Shown here one piece after another: positions 25,740 through 40,000 of a stretch of DNA of 64,000 bases. The DNA is from Octopus vulgaris (Eukaryota): NCBI GenBank assembly GCA_951406725.2, contig OX597824.1:44640001-44704000 (forward strand). The letters are read 5' to 3'. Numbering within the stretch: position 1 is the stretch's first letter; each line of letters opens with the position of its first letter. The notes below the pieces were generated by a model, which saw only the letters and a program-made list of their open reading frames with translations, was not told the DNA's origin and searched no databases. The translations under genes were made by a program, and so were the position numbers.

Positions 25740-26960
25740 AATAATATTTTACATTGGTTATGACTGGTCAGAAAGTTACTGTTGGTTTCATGTCTGTTAT
25801 TGCTCTTAGCAATATAGGTGATACATAACCTCGTTACTAAAAGAGGTAAGAATACAGTCTTGATCAGCAAGGTTGTGAAAAAAACCCTGAAATGAAATTC
25901 TTCAAAGTGCAAACCTTTCTGAGCGAGATGGAGTTATCTTCTTTTGTCTCTTTGAATGTTTCCAGTTGTGTCTGAAAAGAGTCAGTTTATGTATGATTTC
26001 AGATCACTAGTCAGTAAGCAGGAAAGTCCATGTTTCCAACACAAATTTTCTCTCACGAGGGCACTGACTAAACATTCACTTTTGGAATTTAAGAACGCCC
26101 CCCCTCTTCCCCATCAAGTAAATTTCTGGGGATCCTTGTTTGCATTGTCTACTTCTCGTTGAGGTATGGTCCAGGCTGTTTTAGGAGCTCCCATTAATCC
26201 TGTATGGCATTCCCTCTTCTTTTAAATGCCAAATGTAGATGGCCAAAGACATAACTGTGTGCTACTCTGAGATCCTAAAAGATGACCTGTAATTATTTAG
26301 TTGCATCGCTTTTTGGTTATGGTTGGTCAGAAAGTTACCGTTAGTTTCTCATGTAAATTTCAGCTTACCAGTACCATCAGACTATGGTTTACTTTGGTCT
26401 TTCTGCTTTATATAGATTTTTCACATGGTATTGCTTTGGTAGGTGGAGTAATGTCATTGAGAATTAGGTATTATGTAAGTAGAGAGGAGAAGTAGTTGTG
26501 TAGGAAGAGGGTTGACAGAGGTTAGGAGGAAAGTACATGTTTGTAGAGTGTAGATTGAGGGGAAAGGTTGGGGAGACAGTTATTCTGGTTTCATGGTGAA
26601 AGTTTGTTATAGTTTGGGGTTCAGTCAGATATGCATGTAAAGGAGTCAACAGATGTATCATATGCAGGGTCATACTATATGTTGGTTGAAGTTTTTCTTG
26701 TTACTAACCAAAACTCTTTGCACATAAGAATTGTTTTATGCTGCTTTGGGGTTCATAAAGCAAAATGCTTATAGGTTAGCATAGGTCAGATGGAGATCAA
26801 AGTTAATGTTGCTTTTAGTAGTTTTCTTATAAGAAATTTTAAACTATTTAAAAGTGTTAGCTTGAATAGATTATGTTACTATAAAATGTTTATTGGAACA
26901 TTTGAGTGTTTCTACATACAAATGTTGACAAATGCAACTATAGAAGATGCATTTTACTGT
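25740..26960 (-). mobile_element. Degenerate Penelope-like element (GIY-YIG endonuclease C-terminal region)
   Basis: Minus-strand fragments NNYRSSFR, LAIYIWHLKEEGMPYRIN and LNSKSE.FSQCPRERKFVL, typical of Penelope C-termini. Direct repeat at 25754-25795 and 26313-26353. Confidence 0.65.
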
Positions 26961-27019
26961 AGAGACATGCATCTTTAAGGATATATATGCAGCCATTCCA
27001 AATGTAAATAGACACGCCT

Positions 27020-27056
<37 letters not shown>

Positions 27057-30000
27057 AAGCAGAGCAAGAGCACACACACTAAGAGGGAAAGTGCCATTGA
27101 GGAGGTCACAGATATGTGACAAAAGATTTCAGCACAATGGACATGAGTTAGAATAAGAAGAGTAATAAACAATTGAAGAACAAATGTATAGTGCGTGTGT
27201 TTATTTGGCAAAAAAAAAAATCGCTATCCCAAAATACTATATATATATATGAGGTGTCTGTTTACTTTTAAGATGTCCCTCTGTGTGTGTGTGTATTCAT
27301 ACCTACGTATACACACATCACAAGAATTTATAAACTTTTGAGGCAACATGGAAAATTCTTGTTTGGAATTAGTACTCGAAGTACATATAAAGATTATATT
27401 ACTATTATATACACTGGTTTGATAGTGGAAGGTTCAGGTAGACAAGTAAAGGAATCACTAGATGTATCCTATTCAATAATTCTTAAGATGCCAACAACAT
27501 ACAATAGAAAAATTCAAAGGATTACTTCAGTACAATGGTAGAATACTTATTGCGTTTACAGGAGATGCGGTTTCAAGACCCATACGTAACCTTTGACTTC
27601 TATCCAAAAAGGATTTTCAAATCAATATTTACTTGCTTTATATGAACTTCAAGAACCAATTCCAGAAAACATTATTCCATGTTCTCTCAAAAGTTTATCA
27701 TCTCTTATGATGTCAACAATATATAAATATATATTCTACAAAGTAATAATAATAAAAGGGAATATAACAGTGTTGTATATCCTAGTTGTTATGATGACTC
27801 TACTCTAATGCAGTTGTTATTTATTAAATTTCAATTTCTGTAATTCTATAATTGGATCAGTGTTCTTACTATCTTAAAAACTTCACTTTATTCCTACACA
27901 TAATCTGCTTAATCTGAAAACAAATGCCATTCCTAGAGAGAAGGTCTATGTGGTTGCTTGGTCTGCTAGAAATAGCAGCCAAATTACACTGCCATCTAAA
28001 AAGAAAAAAGTGAGCACATTGGATGCTGTAGTCAAAACTGAAAAGTGGTGTTTGGAGATCATTGCTGGCATTTTGATTGTAGGTCTACTTGATCAATATC
28101 AATTGGGGGTTAAAGAACAACAAATAGGTTGTTAGTATCAGAAGGAGCAATCAATCATAGAAATTAATTTCAACAGCAACAGAAGTAATTATATGGAATT
28201 TTTTTCCCTCAGCCTACCATATAAAACAGTAGAGTTGTATCTGGCCAATGCTGCTTTACAGCCAAATTTTAGTACAGGTTGAAATTGCCACATTTTTTAT
28301 TTTTTTATTTGCTAGTTTGTCACTTCTCTCTCTTGTTTTATCACTTAAGCTGTAAAAGACAAAGTCAGCTCTCATGTAATTTGGGCTTATAATTTAATAA
28401 TAATATTTAACCTTTTGCTATTTGCAATCTTGTGATGATCATCGAGTTTTGTAGAATGGGAAGGAGTACACTGCAGTTTGAGTTGGAATATCTTTGTGAA
28501 ATGATAGACAGCATAATTTGCTATTGCCACCAGTTGCAGGTTTCAAGCATAGAAATTTATTTTTGTTGTTTTTGTCCTAAGCTAAGTCTGATGAAACAAG
28601 TCTATGATCAAACACACATTTGTGACATTGTATCTTTTTGTATATCTCGGAACTACATATTGACCAAGCTCCAGTCTGTTTTGATTTGGTTTCTATAGCT
28701 AGATGCCCTTCTTACAGTAAGAAATATTATCTCCAACTTACTAACAACCCAAACCATTTATTCTATCCACAACAGTTTTATATTTGCATCATATATGTGA
28801 GACAGGATATGATTTCAAATAGCAGGATATGTTCTTAACAAAAAAAAAATCCCAGATGGGTAGTGAGTGAATAATAGAACAAGTTGACTACTATCCCTGT
28901 GCAAAAATAGAATATTTCATATAACAAGTTTCTTCACACATATATAAAAAGATATAAGGTCCCCATATTTATAATTTATACACACATTATGTATATGTGT
29001 GTACATTTGGATAAATAGACATAACTTCTTGTGTATTTGATCTGTAATGTATGGAAGTTTTGATTTCTGTAATTTCTTCATTATCTTTCCTGAAAATGCA
29101 CATATATATATTTTTTAAATATTTCATAAAATGAGAATGTGTGTGTGTGTGTGTATACACATACACACAAAATAAAAAAAAGACATTTTTTATGTATTCT
29201 TTAACATTTGCATGGTTTATATAGAATTTAAAACCTGATATTCCAAATTTAAAAAATCCCATTCTATGTTGTACAATGTTTTTCTGTCTGTCATTTTGGT
29301 ATTTTCTATTTTTATATTGTTTGCATTTTTCATACACACATATTTAGACACACACACACACACAAACACACACTCTCTCTCTCTCTCTCCATAAATCTAA
29401 TCAGTTAACTCTGTGTAGATTGTAATGTTTCCTTTTGTCACCCATTCATACAAGAAGTAGCAAAAATTTCATTTTGTTTTGAAAGTGTTTATCATCATCA
29501 TTTTAACATCTACTTTTCCATGCTTGCATGGATCAGACAGAATTTATTATGGCAGATTTTCTTCAGCCAGATGCCTGTCCTGTTGCCAACACTTACCAGA
29601 TTCCAAGCAAGATATTTCCCTATGGTCAGACGTGTTTTTATGGAAAATTTGAAACAAAAGACACAGCCTGTATGATGGTGACACTCGTTTACAACTATTA
29701 TGTAAATGTCAACACACACATACACATACACATACACTCACACATTCACATGCAATGGGCTTTCTTTCATTTTCCATCTACCAAATCCACTCACAAGGCT
29801 TTGGTTGGCCCAAAGTTATAATAGAAGACACTTCTTAACTACAAAACTGTTCCTGCATGAAAATTAATAAATTATTAGCAACTATAGTTTCACACTGAGA
29901 ACAGTGCATTGTTATAAACAGTACAATGTCAATTGGCAATTTCTCTGTCTCAGATAAGGACTTTTTATAACTATCTATGAATTTCAGAATATTTTAATTA

Positions 30001-30184
30001 ACATGTGTGAAATCAAGTCCAGCTGAAGTGACTTTGCAAAATTTGTATGAATGTGAGATGTTACAGCAGTTGACACATGCAAAATAAACATAAATCAATA
30101 ACTAAAAGAGGAGATAAACACCTGAACTGATCGATATTAAATTATGTCTGACATTTTATGTCTTTAATTCCCTCTCCATTTCAG

Positions 30185-30397
30185 GCAAATTGTGAAGCAG
30201 ACGAAGTACCAGTTTTTAATATTGAGCCCCTCTGGCAAACTATTCGTGGACCAGCTTCCCTTGTAGAACTGGCAGTAGATCAGAAAGCTACAAATTATGG
30301 CTTATTACTCCACCATTACCTGCTCTGTCAGTTTATGTATGCCATCTTAAAATTTGGTTTGAAATCTATCAAAGTTCTCTCCCTTTTTGATTGCAAG
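30185..30397 (+). CDS. RAB3GAP2: RAB3GAP2 exon
   Basis: ttcag|...|gttggt. ANCEADEVPVFNIEPLWQTIRGPASLVELAVDQKATNYGLLLHHYLLCQFMYAILKFGLKSIKVLSLFDCK. Confidence 0.95.
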
Positions 30398-30701
30398 GTT
30401 GGTATCTTATTGTTACATATTTGCTTATAGATTCACCTAGTTTTATTATCTAGTTGTCCTTTTTCACATTCACCATTTCTGATAATATTTATAATGACTT
30501 GATCAGAAGAGGAAGAGTTGTATCTGTGGCCTTTACAGAGACCTTTAAGATTGGTGGAGGATAAAGGAGAAACAAACCACAAATCATGAATTGTTGCAAT
30601 TACTGGAAGCAGCATACTAAGATATTGAGTTACCCTCAGACTGGAGATGTCTGAATACTTGCAACAGAGGGTCAGGTGTTAGTCTTAAACTAGGTAATGG
30701 A

Positions 30702-30921
30702 TTAACCTTTAGTATTTAATCTGGTAATATTCAGCCCAAATATTTTACATGTTAAAACTGACCAAATCCAACCTCTCACACCTGCCCTACAATATAATTC
30801 TAAAAATATACAAACACACCATTGAAATCTTGAAGCTATAAAATAATGCATGATTAATTCAAAACAATGTGAATAAATAAACAATACATTTGATAAACAA
30901 TTCTGAATGCTAAAGGGTTAA
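30702..30921. mobile_element. piggyBac-type MITE (same family as 6062-6288)
   Basis: TTAACCTTTAGTATT...AATGCTAAAGGGTTAA. The interior is the reverse complement of the 6062 copy. Confidence 0.7.
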
Positions 30922-32112
30922 ATTTCTTCACCTAAGACAAAAAATACTGTCCATTTAATGAGCTTTTGTATTATATCCATTTGCCCAATTTCTCTTTGGT
31001 TGACTTTAAACTTGATAGAAAATACTTACCCCAGGAGACACAGTGATTGTGAAGTGAACTTTTTGCTCATGTCTTCATGCAAACTATTTTTCTCAATTAT
31101 CAACCCTTTCACTTGATATATATATATATATATATACTGTGTAACAAATGACTTGATGAGAGTGATGGTGGTGATATTATCCATGATGTCAAAGTATGGA
31201 ATAAATTTCTTAAATTTTCCAAAACTTCTCTTATATGCATATGTGCTCTGTTCTCTTTATGGCTCTTTTACTTTTCTTTTTTCTGTCCTTTTTATTCTGT
31301 GTTTTGTACATGCATCTTTGACTATCATTGCTGTCTTTCTTTACATGATTTATTGCTTCTTTATGTCTCTTCTTTTGCTCTTTTCCAGCAAGTTGTAATA
31401 CACCTGAACACTAAATACAATAAGCTCGTTTTTATTATTATTTTATGTCAACAGTAATGTTGTTATGAGAAAAACTAATTCTGAGATTCCATCCACCATG
31501 AATGACAATAGTTATGTTGCAGTTAACATATTTAATACAGGAACATTAGATAGGTAACTAGAAATAAATATACATTGAGAAAAAAGAATATTAGTCATTT
31601 ACTAATATAATATTGATACTGAAAATGTAAAAAATATTAGTCACTAATAGTTGTTTTTTTTCTCACTGCATATTTATTTCTTGTTAGCTATTTAACACAG
31701 CATGCATTAAATATATTAATGATAGTTTCAAATTTTGGCTCAAGGTCAGTTATTTCAAGGGAGGGGCTAAGTCAATTGCATAACCCCAGTGCTCAACTGG
31801 TATTTATTTTATCAACCCTGAAAGGATGAAAGGCAAAGTTGACATTGACGGAATATGAACTCAGAACGTAAACATGCCACAAAACAATTTGCCCAGTGTG
31901 CTAACAATTCTGCCAGCTTGCCACTTTCTAAATATATTAATATTAATAAAACTACTTGAATAAGTTTGAAAGTGGCACTAACAATATTGAGAGTGGTGAC
32001 AGTAATTACAAAAATGGTATGATAATAATTATATTGATAATGATGGTAGTGGTGGTGGAGGTAATAGATTCATTGATTTGTTTTTTTCATTTTTGCTATC
32101 TCCAACTTTCAG

Positions 32113-32202
32113 GGACAGAACTCTTTCTTCAAAGATTTGCACACCCATCCTGCCCTACCCACTAAACTCAAAGATGCTAACATCCTTGCAGAGAGGAATA
32201 AA
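32113..32202 (+). CDS. RAB3GAP2: RAB3GAP2 exon
   Basis: tttcag|...|gtaagt. GQNSFFKDLHTHPALPTKLKDANILAERNK. Confidence 0.93.
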
Positions 32203-32250
32203 GTAAGTTAAATTTATTTTCTTTTACATGTGTGTGTGTGTGTGTGTATA

Positions 32251-32284
<34 letters not shown>

Positions 32285-32304
32285 ATGTATATATATTATA
32301 TACA

Positions 32305-32390
32305 TTCAAAAGTGAATGTGTTCTGTGCCATCTCCAAGAAGCATCTTCATGGCCCGTTTTTCTTTGACGGAAATGTGACTGGCGACATGA
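32305..32390 (+). mobile_element. Short Tc1/mariner-superfamily transposase relic
   Basis: KVNVFCAISKKHLHGPFFFDGNVTG resembles the K..VWC...GP.FF...VTG segment of such transposases. Confidence 0.55.
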
Positions 32391-33019
32391 AATTGTTCAT
32401 GGAATCCACTAACCTTTGAATTTCTCATTCAAATTTTGAGGAATAAATCTTATGTCGCTCAACGTTAAGCCTGTTTTAGTTTCATTTGCTTTGACTCTGT
32501 AGTTTCTGTGATATTTACATCTCAAATGAAATCAAATTTTTTGAAACACCTTGTGTTTACACACAGACACACACACACACAACCACTAGCACACCCATAT
32601 CCATGTACTTATACACCTAGTATATACACGCTTGCCAGCCATTTGGTCCAAGAAATTCTCCTTTCCAATGCATCTGGTGTTGTTGAAATGATGATCTTAC
32701 CTCGTACCTTTCACATCATCATGTGCCTTGCCTTGACCAATAGCAGCCCATTTTCCTGTAGCCATCTTGGACTTCCTGTGTTCTTCCATTCAGTAATCTA
32801 AGCCTTAATGAGCCAGGTCTCTGTTAGAAGCCTGCAAAATTTTAAGTCTCATGGAGCTGAATCAGACTGTTTTTTTTTTTTATTCTTATCTTCTCAAAAC
32901 TTAAATAATCTTTGAATAATCAAAAGAAATTTTTTTTAATAAAATCTCTTTTGAATTTTTTTTTTCTTTTTTTGTAAAATATAACTTTTTAAATGTCTTT
33001 ATACATATTTATATTTCAG

Positions 33020-33280
33020 TTCTATAAAAAAGTGATAAGTCAATCAGTGGAGGATTTTTCCAAGAAGGACAAACAGTCACAAGACAGCTTGTCTGCTTCT
33101 ATGACAGCATCAGTGCCAGAATCAACACAGATGACGTTTGTGCCTTGGAATGAAAGCCATGCTGAGTGGCCGTCCCTCATCATTGAGATTGCTAGAGTAT
33201 TTGAGGAAGATGTTGACCAGTTGCGCATATATCATGTGCGAGAGCTTTATTTGAGAGGTTTAGACAAAACTGCTGAAGAG
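33020..33280 (+). CDS. RAB3GAP2: RAB3GAP2 exon
   Basis: tttcag|...|gtgagt. FYKKVISQSVED...WPSLIIEIARVFEEDVDQLRIYHVRELYLRGLDKTAEE. Confidence 0.93.
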
Positions 33281-33793
33281 GTGAGTGGAGACAGAATATT
33301 TTGTTCAGCCTTTAGTTTACCCTGTGAAGAAGTGTGTTACAAGTATTTCAGAGGCATTCTCTCTTTGAAGAAATCAACTTTTTATAATGGTTTCATACAT
33401 TTGTATTATCATCATGTTCATATATAAGCATATGAGGAAATTTTTAAGTGGCAACTCTCCTTCAAATTATACCCTATAGCTTATAGAAAGGTAAAGATGC
33501 ATTGTATAGTGTATTCCTGGATGTACTTAGTTTGAAAAGCAAAGCAGTAATTTTGAAGATTTAAAATTACCTAGTTCTATTGTGAGTTGCTGAAAACAAG
33601 AAAAAGCAATGGAAGTAAAGCTGTTTAAAAAGAGTAAGATAATCAGCTGAGTTTGGCTTATGGAAAACATAAGCCAGTGTCTCTATTGCTAAATTCACAA
33701 CTTGTGCCAGCATTATGTATGACTACTACATATTTTAAATGAAGAAATTGTGCAGAAAACAGCTTCTGTCACATTCTAGTGGGTAAAACTACA

Positions 33794-34911
33794 GGTAGTT
33801 TATAGCTTCTGTTACCTAGGTAACCAAGTCAATCACCAGGGTGGAGGCTCTGAAAGTGTAGCTGTTAGAATAAGAAAAGCTTGGGCAAAGTTCAGAGAGC
33901 TTCTACCTCTGCTAGTGACAAAGGGCCTCTTGCTCAGAGTAAAAGGTAGACTGTATGATGCATGTGTGTGAACAGCCATGTTACATGGCAGTGAAACATG
34001 GGCCGTGACTGCTGAGGACATGCGTAAACTTGCAAGGAATGAAGCCAGTATGCTCCGCTGGGTGTGTAATGTCAGCGTGCATACACAACAGAGTGTAAGC
34101 GCCCTGAGAGAAAAGTTGGACTTAAGAAGCATCAAATGTGGTGTACAAGAGAGTCGACTGCGCTGGTATGGTCATGTGTTGCATATGGATGAGGACAACT
34201 GTGTGAAAAAGTGTCACACCCTAGCAGTAGAGGGAACCCGTGGAAGAGGTAAACCCAGGAAGACCTGGGATGAGGTAGTGAAGCACAACCTTTGAACATT
34301 GGGTCTCACTGAGGTGATGACAAGTGACCGAAATCTTTGGAGATATGCTGTGCTTGAGAAGACCCAGCAAGCCAATTGAGACCGTAACTGTGGCCTATGC
34401 CAGTGCAGCATAACCAGCCCTTTTAAGAGTACCCTTCAATCATTGGGCAAGAAACTGCACTTGCAAAGACCTTTTGAGGCAAGTGAAATCATTGTCGTGG
34501 CCGATGACAGTACCACCTGATTGGCACCCATGCTAGTGGCACGTAAAAAGCACCATTCAAGTGTGGTCGATGCCAGTGCCGCCTGACTGGTCCTCTGCTG
34601 GTGGCACGTTAAAAGCACCATTCAAGCATGATCGTTGCCAGTGCCACCTGACTGGCTCCCATACCAGTGGCACATAAAAAGCACCATTAAAGCATGGTTG
34701 ATGCCAGTACCACCTGACTGGCCCTCGTGCCGGTGGCACACACAAAGCACTACACTCTGGGGAGTGATTGGCGTTAGGAAAGGCATTCAGCTGCAGAAAC
34801 TTTGCCATATCAGATTAGAACCTGGTACAACCTTCTGGCTTTCCAGCCCTCAGTCAAACCATCCAACCCATGCCAGCATGGAAAGTGGATGTTAAACGAC
34901 GATGATGATGA
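33794..34911 (+). mobile_element. 5'-truncated RTE-clade LINE (RT C-terminus, 3' UTR array and (GAT)n tail)
   Basis: ORF 33978-34295 MLHGSETWAVT...RLRWYGHVLHM...RGRGKPRKTW. Tail TAAACGACGATGATGATG. Confidence 0.92.
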
Positions 34912-35170
34912 AGTTTCAACTCATTTAATTGTTAGTCAAACCTTTCACAGTCCTGGTATCGTTATGTCATCATTACTCTAACTTCAGACTGCATCTAGTA
35001 GCAGGATCTTTTGTTCAGTAGTTCCATTATTGCTGGAATAAAAAGAAATGTTTAAAAAATATTTAAAAAAACAAACATTTAAAAATTAATTCAAAGATAT
35101 CTTTATTATGACATTGTTTTCTTTACAATCATATTTTAGGCTGATCTCTATTTATTCTTGTGTTCTCTAG

Positions 35171-35329
35171 GTATTGTTAACAATGAATCTAGATCCAGAA
35201 CTTGGTGCTAGCTTACTGGAAGTATTAGGTCAGCGAATAGTTTATTATATAGAAAAGCAGAATCCGTCCAAATCTCTTGATATATATGCTTCAATGACAA
35301 CCTCACTTTCACAGTGGTTGAAAAAACAG
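35171..35329 (+). CDS. RAB3GAP2: RAB3GAP2 exon
   Basis: ctctag|...|gtaagc. VLLTMNLDPELGASLLEVLGQRIVYYIEKQNPSKSLDIYASMTTSLSQWLKKQ. Confidence 0.93.
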
Positions 35330-36169
35330 GTAAGCTTTAAAAATGCAATACTTTTGTTTCAGCCAGTCAGAAATCTGTATAAGTTGCATGCCTTGCAGTG
35401 AAATTTTGACATTAACAAAATTTTAGTTTTTAATTGTAGAGCTACCAAGTCTTACATGTTAGGACAATATCATATTCACTTGACATGCTAAATACAGCTG
35501 TCAAAATTTTCCTTAAAATAAACTATTTTTGTAATTCTTCCAAGTTCAGAAATTTTCTTTTTCATTTAAAATCAGTTTATTGATATTGTTCTATGTTATT
35601 AGCAAGCTATTTAATAGTTTACAATTGCTCCAGTTTCAAGTATGGAAAAAGTTGATTTAAACTTCCTTCTTTCCAAACCATCATGTTTGGATTATCACCA
35701 AGAGTGTCATGACTTAGTCTCAAGCTAAGCTGAATGGTATTCAAGCTGGCATGAATGTTGCAACTACAATTGTCATATATTGTAGAGAAAGGACATTGTA
35801 CATAGCTTTTAGGAGGTAATACTTAAATCAAAAACCTAGTGTGTCTAATAAGATTAGTTTAGTTAATATTTAGGCTTAATATAAAAACAGCATATTGTTA
35901 ATGATGTTAACACTTGATGAAAGGATGATTAAATTCACAAACGTTGTTGTTTGGAGAATAATAAATTAGCATGTTTATTGTAGCTTTGAATAAGTCTATA
36001 TGCTCAATATTTCTTCTGATGAAGCCATTTTCTCAAAACATCAGTTCTCTTCCATGGCATATATATTGACAATTGACAAGTCCCTAACACCTTGGGGGTT
36101 GTTGGGGGTGATGCAGCCATGCAGCATATCTAAGGCAAGAAAGCCTGGTGGAGCCCATCCCTCTCCAGG

Positions 36170-36442
36170 CTAAACTCATTTCTACAGCTGAGTGGACTGG
36201 AGCAACATGAAGTGTTTTGCTCAAGAACACAATGGATTGCCCGATCCAGGGATCAAAACCAAAATCTTAGTCATGAATCCAACACCCTAACCACTAAACA
36301 ATGTGCTTCCCATAGTGGTACTCATTTTTCAGCTGAGTAGACTGGAACACCATGAAGGAAAGTGTTTTGCTCAAGAACATTGCCCAGTCCAAGAATCAAC
36401 CACAACCTAATGATCCTGAGTCCAACAGCCTAACCACTAAGC
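36170..36442 (-). mobile_element. Tandem pair of tRNA-derived SINE heads (second family)
   Basis: Two copies of CAGCTGAGT(G/A)GACTGGA..AAGTGTTTTGCTCAAGAAC..CCTAACCACTAA; the minus strand gives a TAGTGGTTAGG A box. Confidence 0.65.
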
Positions 36443-36594
36443 CAATGCCCTGCAACTAGTATGCCATGGTACACTGATGTGCCACAGTGTAACCTGAATA
36501 AAAAATTTTTTACCTATACTTTTAGTTATGTTTTTAGTTCAGGTGTGCCACCAAATTTTGAAAAGAATGTAAGTGAAAAAAGGTTGCAGGGCAC
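36443..36594. mobile_element. hAT-like MITE
   Basis: TIRs CAATGCCCTGCAAC and GTTGCAGGGCACTA. Confidence 0.55.
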
Positions 36595-36873
36595 TACACT
36601 AAACTACACACCTCCACAGCATATATATACTTTAAATGACTTTGTCAAGCAGACCACCTCCTTGTATTCTGTTTTGTATTTTCAATTTTAGACCTACATA
36701 TGATATTTGGTGTCTGGTTAAAAGAGAGATTGGGGTCGCAAAAAATTTAAAAAGACGGATGCAACAGATTGTGTATTGAATAGTGATGAGTTGCTACTCT
36801 CAAATTCTATTTGATAATCTCTACCAGTATTTTGTCCATTCATGAAGTAAAATTTTTTTTTTTCATTTCACAG

Positions 36874-37023
36874 GATACCACTTCTCTCTATACTCCAGAC
36901 TGTTCTGTGCCAGCCATTTGCCAGCTGTTAAACCAAGTTGTAAAATGCTTAGAAGAAGGCTCAGATTATTATAACCGTGCCATAGCTTTAGTTGAACTTG
37001 TTTCCACATTGAAGACATCATGA
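36874..37023 (+). CDS. RAB3GAP2: RAB3GAP2 terminal coding exon
   Basis: tcacag|DTTSLYTPDCSVPAICQLLNQVVKCLEEGSDYYNRAIALVELVSTLKTS-TGA. Confidence 0.92.
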   Translation, partial: DTTSLYTPDCSVPAICQLLNQVVKCLEEGSDYYNRAIALVELVSTLKTS

Positions 37024-40000
37024 AACCAATTGAAATTTCAAGATTTCTGACTTAAACCGTTTCTCTACAATTGAAGTCTCAACAACTTGGGAGTTTTGTT
37101 TTTTCCCCTACTGTGATTTGTTATCAATTCGAAATTGAAGTAAAGATCATTTGGAGTGAAGTTTCATTTTCATCTTTCTTTATTTGTCCCAATTTCTATT
37201 TTTTTTTTGCCTTGGTATTAAGTCTCGTTTTTTGTTTTGCTACTATAAGAAAGGAACACTCTCCACTACTTCCAGTTTAATATATCATGCCTGATATTTA
37301 TGTTCTTGTTACGATGGTAGTGGTGTTGATAGGTATTATAGCTGTAAGTTTTTGACAAACCTAGTCAGCAGTTAAGTTTTGATTCTAAATTAGAATCATT
37401 TAACTTGATGCTAATGACTTTGATAAGTGATATAATCATAACAGCTTTTTCTCCACTGTTATAACTGTTAAATATTAATTGGCAGTGAAGTATTAGTTTC
37501 TTTCTAGATAAATATCTGTAACCCAGCTTCAATGTTAATTTATTGTGCTAACATTCTTTGTAAAGCATTGAACATCTCAAGTTTTCCAATTCCCATTACA
37601 TATAGCTCTCAGACTTCAAATCTAATAAAGAGGCTTTTTTATTTGTTCCTTTCTTTTCCAATACAGACAATCTATACTCAATGAATCAAGTCTGCTAAGA
37701 CTGTTATAACTCCTGACTGGAAACTACTTTCTATAAGAAAAAAAAATTTCTTTTAAATTATGAAATGTAACAATGATATACCTTAAGGACAAAAAGCATG
37801 GAGTAAGGAGAAATTAAGGTTTTATTATTATTTTCTTCTATTTCTTGACTCTAGCCCAGTAATATCATAGAATGACTGTCTTTACTCCTAAGATTATTTA
37901 TTTAACTGAAAGCTGCAAAGCTTTTAACTATTTTTATATATTTTTATTCACTTCTTCACCATATTTAGTGTTAATCCAAATTGTAAGACAATTGTAACTT
38001 TTTTTTTTTTGCTCTTCTCTTGTTACTTACCTTTGAATTCAGGGGATTATTTATATTTTAATACTCAAATGAATATGCTTGTTACCTTAATATATCTGCC
38101 AACTCTGTATTTTATGTGTGGTGTATAGGATGCACATAACATTTGTTGAAACATAGATGTATTATGTTGAGGTTTATCAGGCTGTATAAAGTTGTCCCAA
38201 GGGATTTTCAAAGAAATGTAATGCAAATAATGTATTTTTGGCTGGTTTACAAATGCAGAGTGAAGTGTCATCACCTAAAAACTTGTGTGTGTGTGTGTAT
38301 ATATATACACACAATTACCTGATTTAGCATATCTAACAATGAAAATACTTTGCACATACACATACATTTGTTTTCTAAATTAAATTTAAATTCGTTGTTA
38401 ATTCTAAATATTTTAAAACTTAATTCTGCTTTTTCTTTAACTGTAAATATATAATCAGTTTGACTTCCTTCAAGTTTCTATTCCTCTCTTTTATCACTCT
38501 TCAATGGAAGCTAATGAGCCAAGATAAATTCTCTCTTATGCTTTATTGCTGATAACAATTGCTCAGTTGTGAAGAATATTTAATTCAAATTATATTAAAA
38601 TGTCTTAATGTATTTGACAAATATTTCCCACATGTTTGTATTTACATACATACACTGTATTGCAATCCAGTTTTGTTTCTCAAACTGCAAACCTGTTTTG
38701 GGAGACAGGAACATCACAATTTGTAATTTCCTGTCATATAAAAACTGCTTTAAAGACTGAGTAAGAAATCATTATATATTCTTTAAAAAAAGTGTACAAG
38801 TTGTTTTCATCGATAATGTAACATGATCGTTTTATTTTGAAATGATTTCAATATAAAAGATGGTTCTTGTCTTTGGATAAAGTTATGCAATGCATGACTT
38901 GTGTTTCTTTGTTGATCATATTTAAAAAAATGAATCTAATTTCCTGATGTTATCCCTATTTATTTTACCTCCACATCACTTGCCTAACTGGACACAATGC
39001 AAATTATCCCTCAACACATTATGAAGTTGGATTTAGTTGTTTCATAGAATGTTGTTCTGGTCAAACTTCTGCCTACTACTTCTCATTTATTACAGGGACA
39101 GTGTGTTTTGGTTGATTTTGATTGGAGACAGTGTTTACTGATGTATTTTAAGATCAGTTTAGTTTCTCTAATGTTCTCAAAAATCTGTGATAACTTTGGT
39201 AACTGTAACTTAAATAACATAGACAAACAGATTCAGAAGTTACATTATCCAGGAATTTTTAAACAATTTGCTTTTGAAATCATATAGTCAATTTATATCA
39301 ATGAAAATAATTAAACAAACATGTTTTATTATACTGACAATTTCTTACGAATCAGCTTTCTTTAGTCTTTGGTTTTCTTTTTAAAAATGTTTTAATATAA
39401 AGACAAATGAAGATCTAATGAAGAACTTAAATGCTTTCAGATTTAAATGAAAAATGTCATTATTTACCTGATATCATGCTTCAGCCAGTATGTTGTGATC
39501 CCTATACAAAGTACAATACTTTGCTTGCCTCAGTCTGCATCTGGTAAATAACTAGATCCCCCATCTTTCAGGGGCTGATACTAAAAATATACTTTCATCC
39601 AGCTATAAAAACACTTGTAAGAACTATGACTTCATGATATTAATTACAAAAATCAACCCAGCTATGATCACAGAGAAGTGTATGCAGAAAAATTAAAATA
39701 TACACACACAAACACATATATGTATGCCAGAACACTTCATAATATTGAGGTCCTATAATTGTCAGTGCAAGCATCACAAATGAATAATCAAAATAGCATG
39801 CATTCATTGCTTTGTAAAGCTTCACATGACCAAATGTTTTCTGTCAGCTGAAATCAAATATCAACCAGTAATACAGTTGGTAGTTGTTTGTTTTCTTTTC
39901 CAAAGAATTTAGGAATATATCAACAAGATGAATCAGTTCCGATTTCTTGTTTCGTATTACAAAGGAGTAGTGGAATGAATAATTTGACAGATAAATTGCT

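Noticed and set aside
34500-34750. CRISPR-like repeat-spacer array
   Set aside because: Eukaryotic context, no cas genes, linkers homologous to each other, and the array is part of a LINE 3' UTR.
36010-36050. CTGATGA...AAAACATC hammerhead-like motif
   Set aside because: No convincing stem I or stem II pairing; could be chance.
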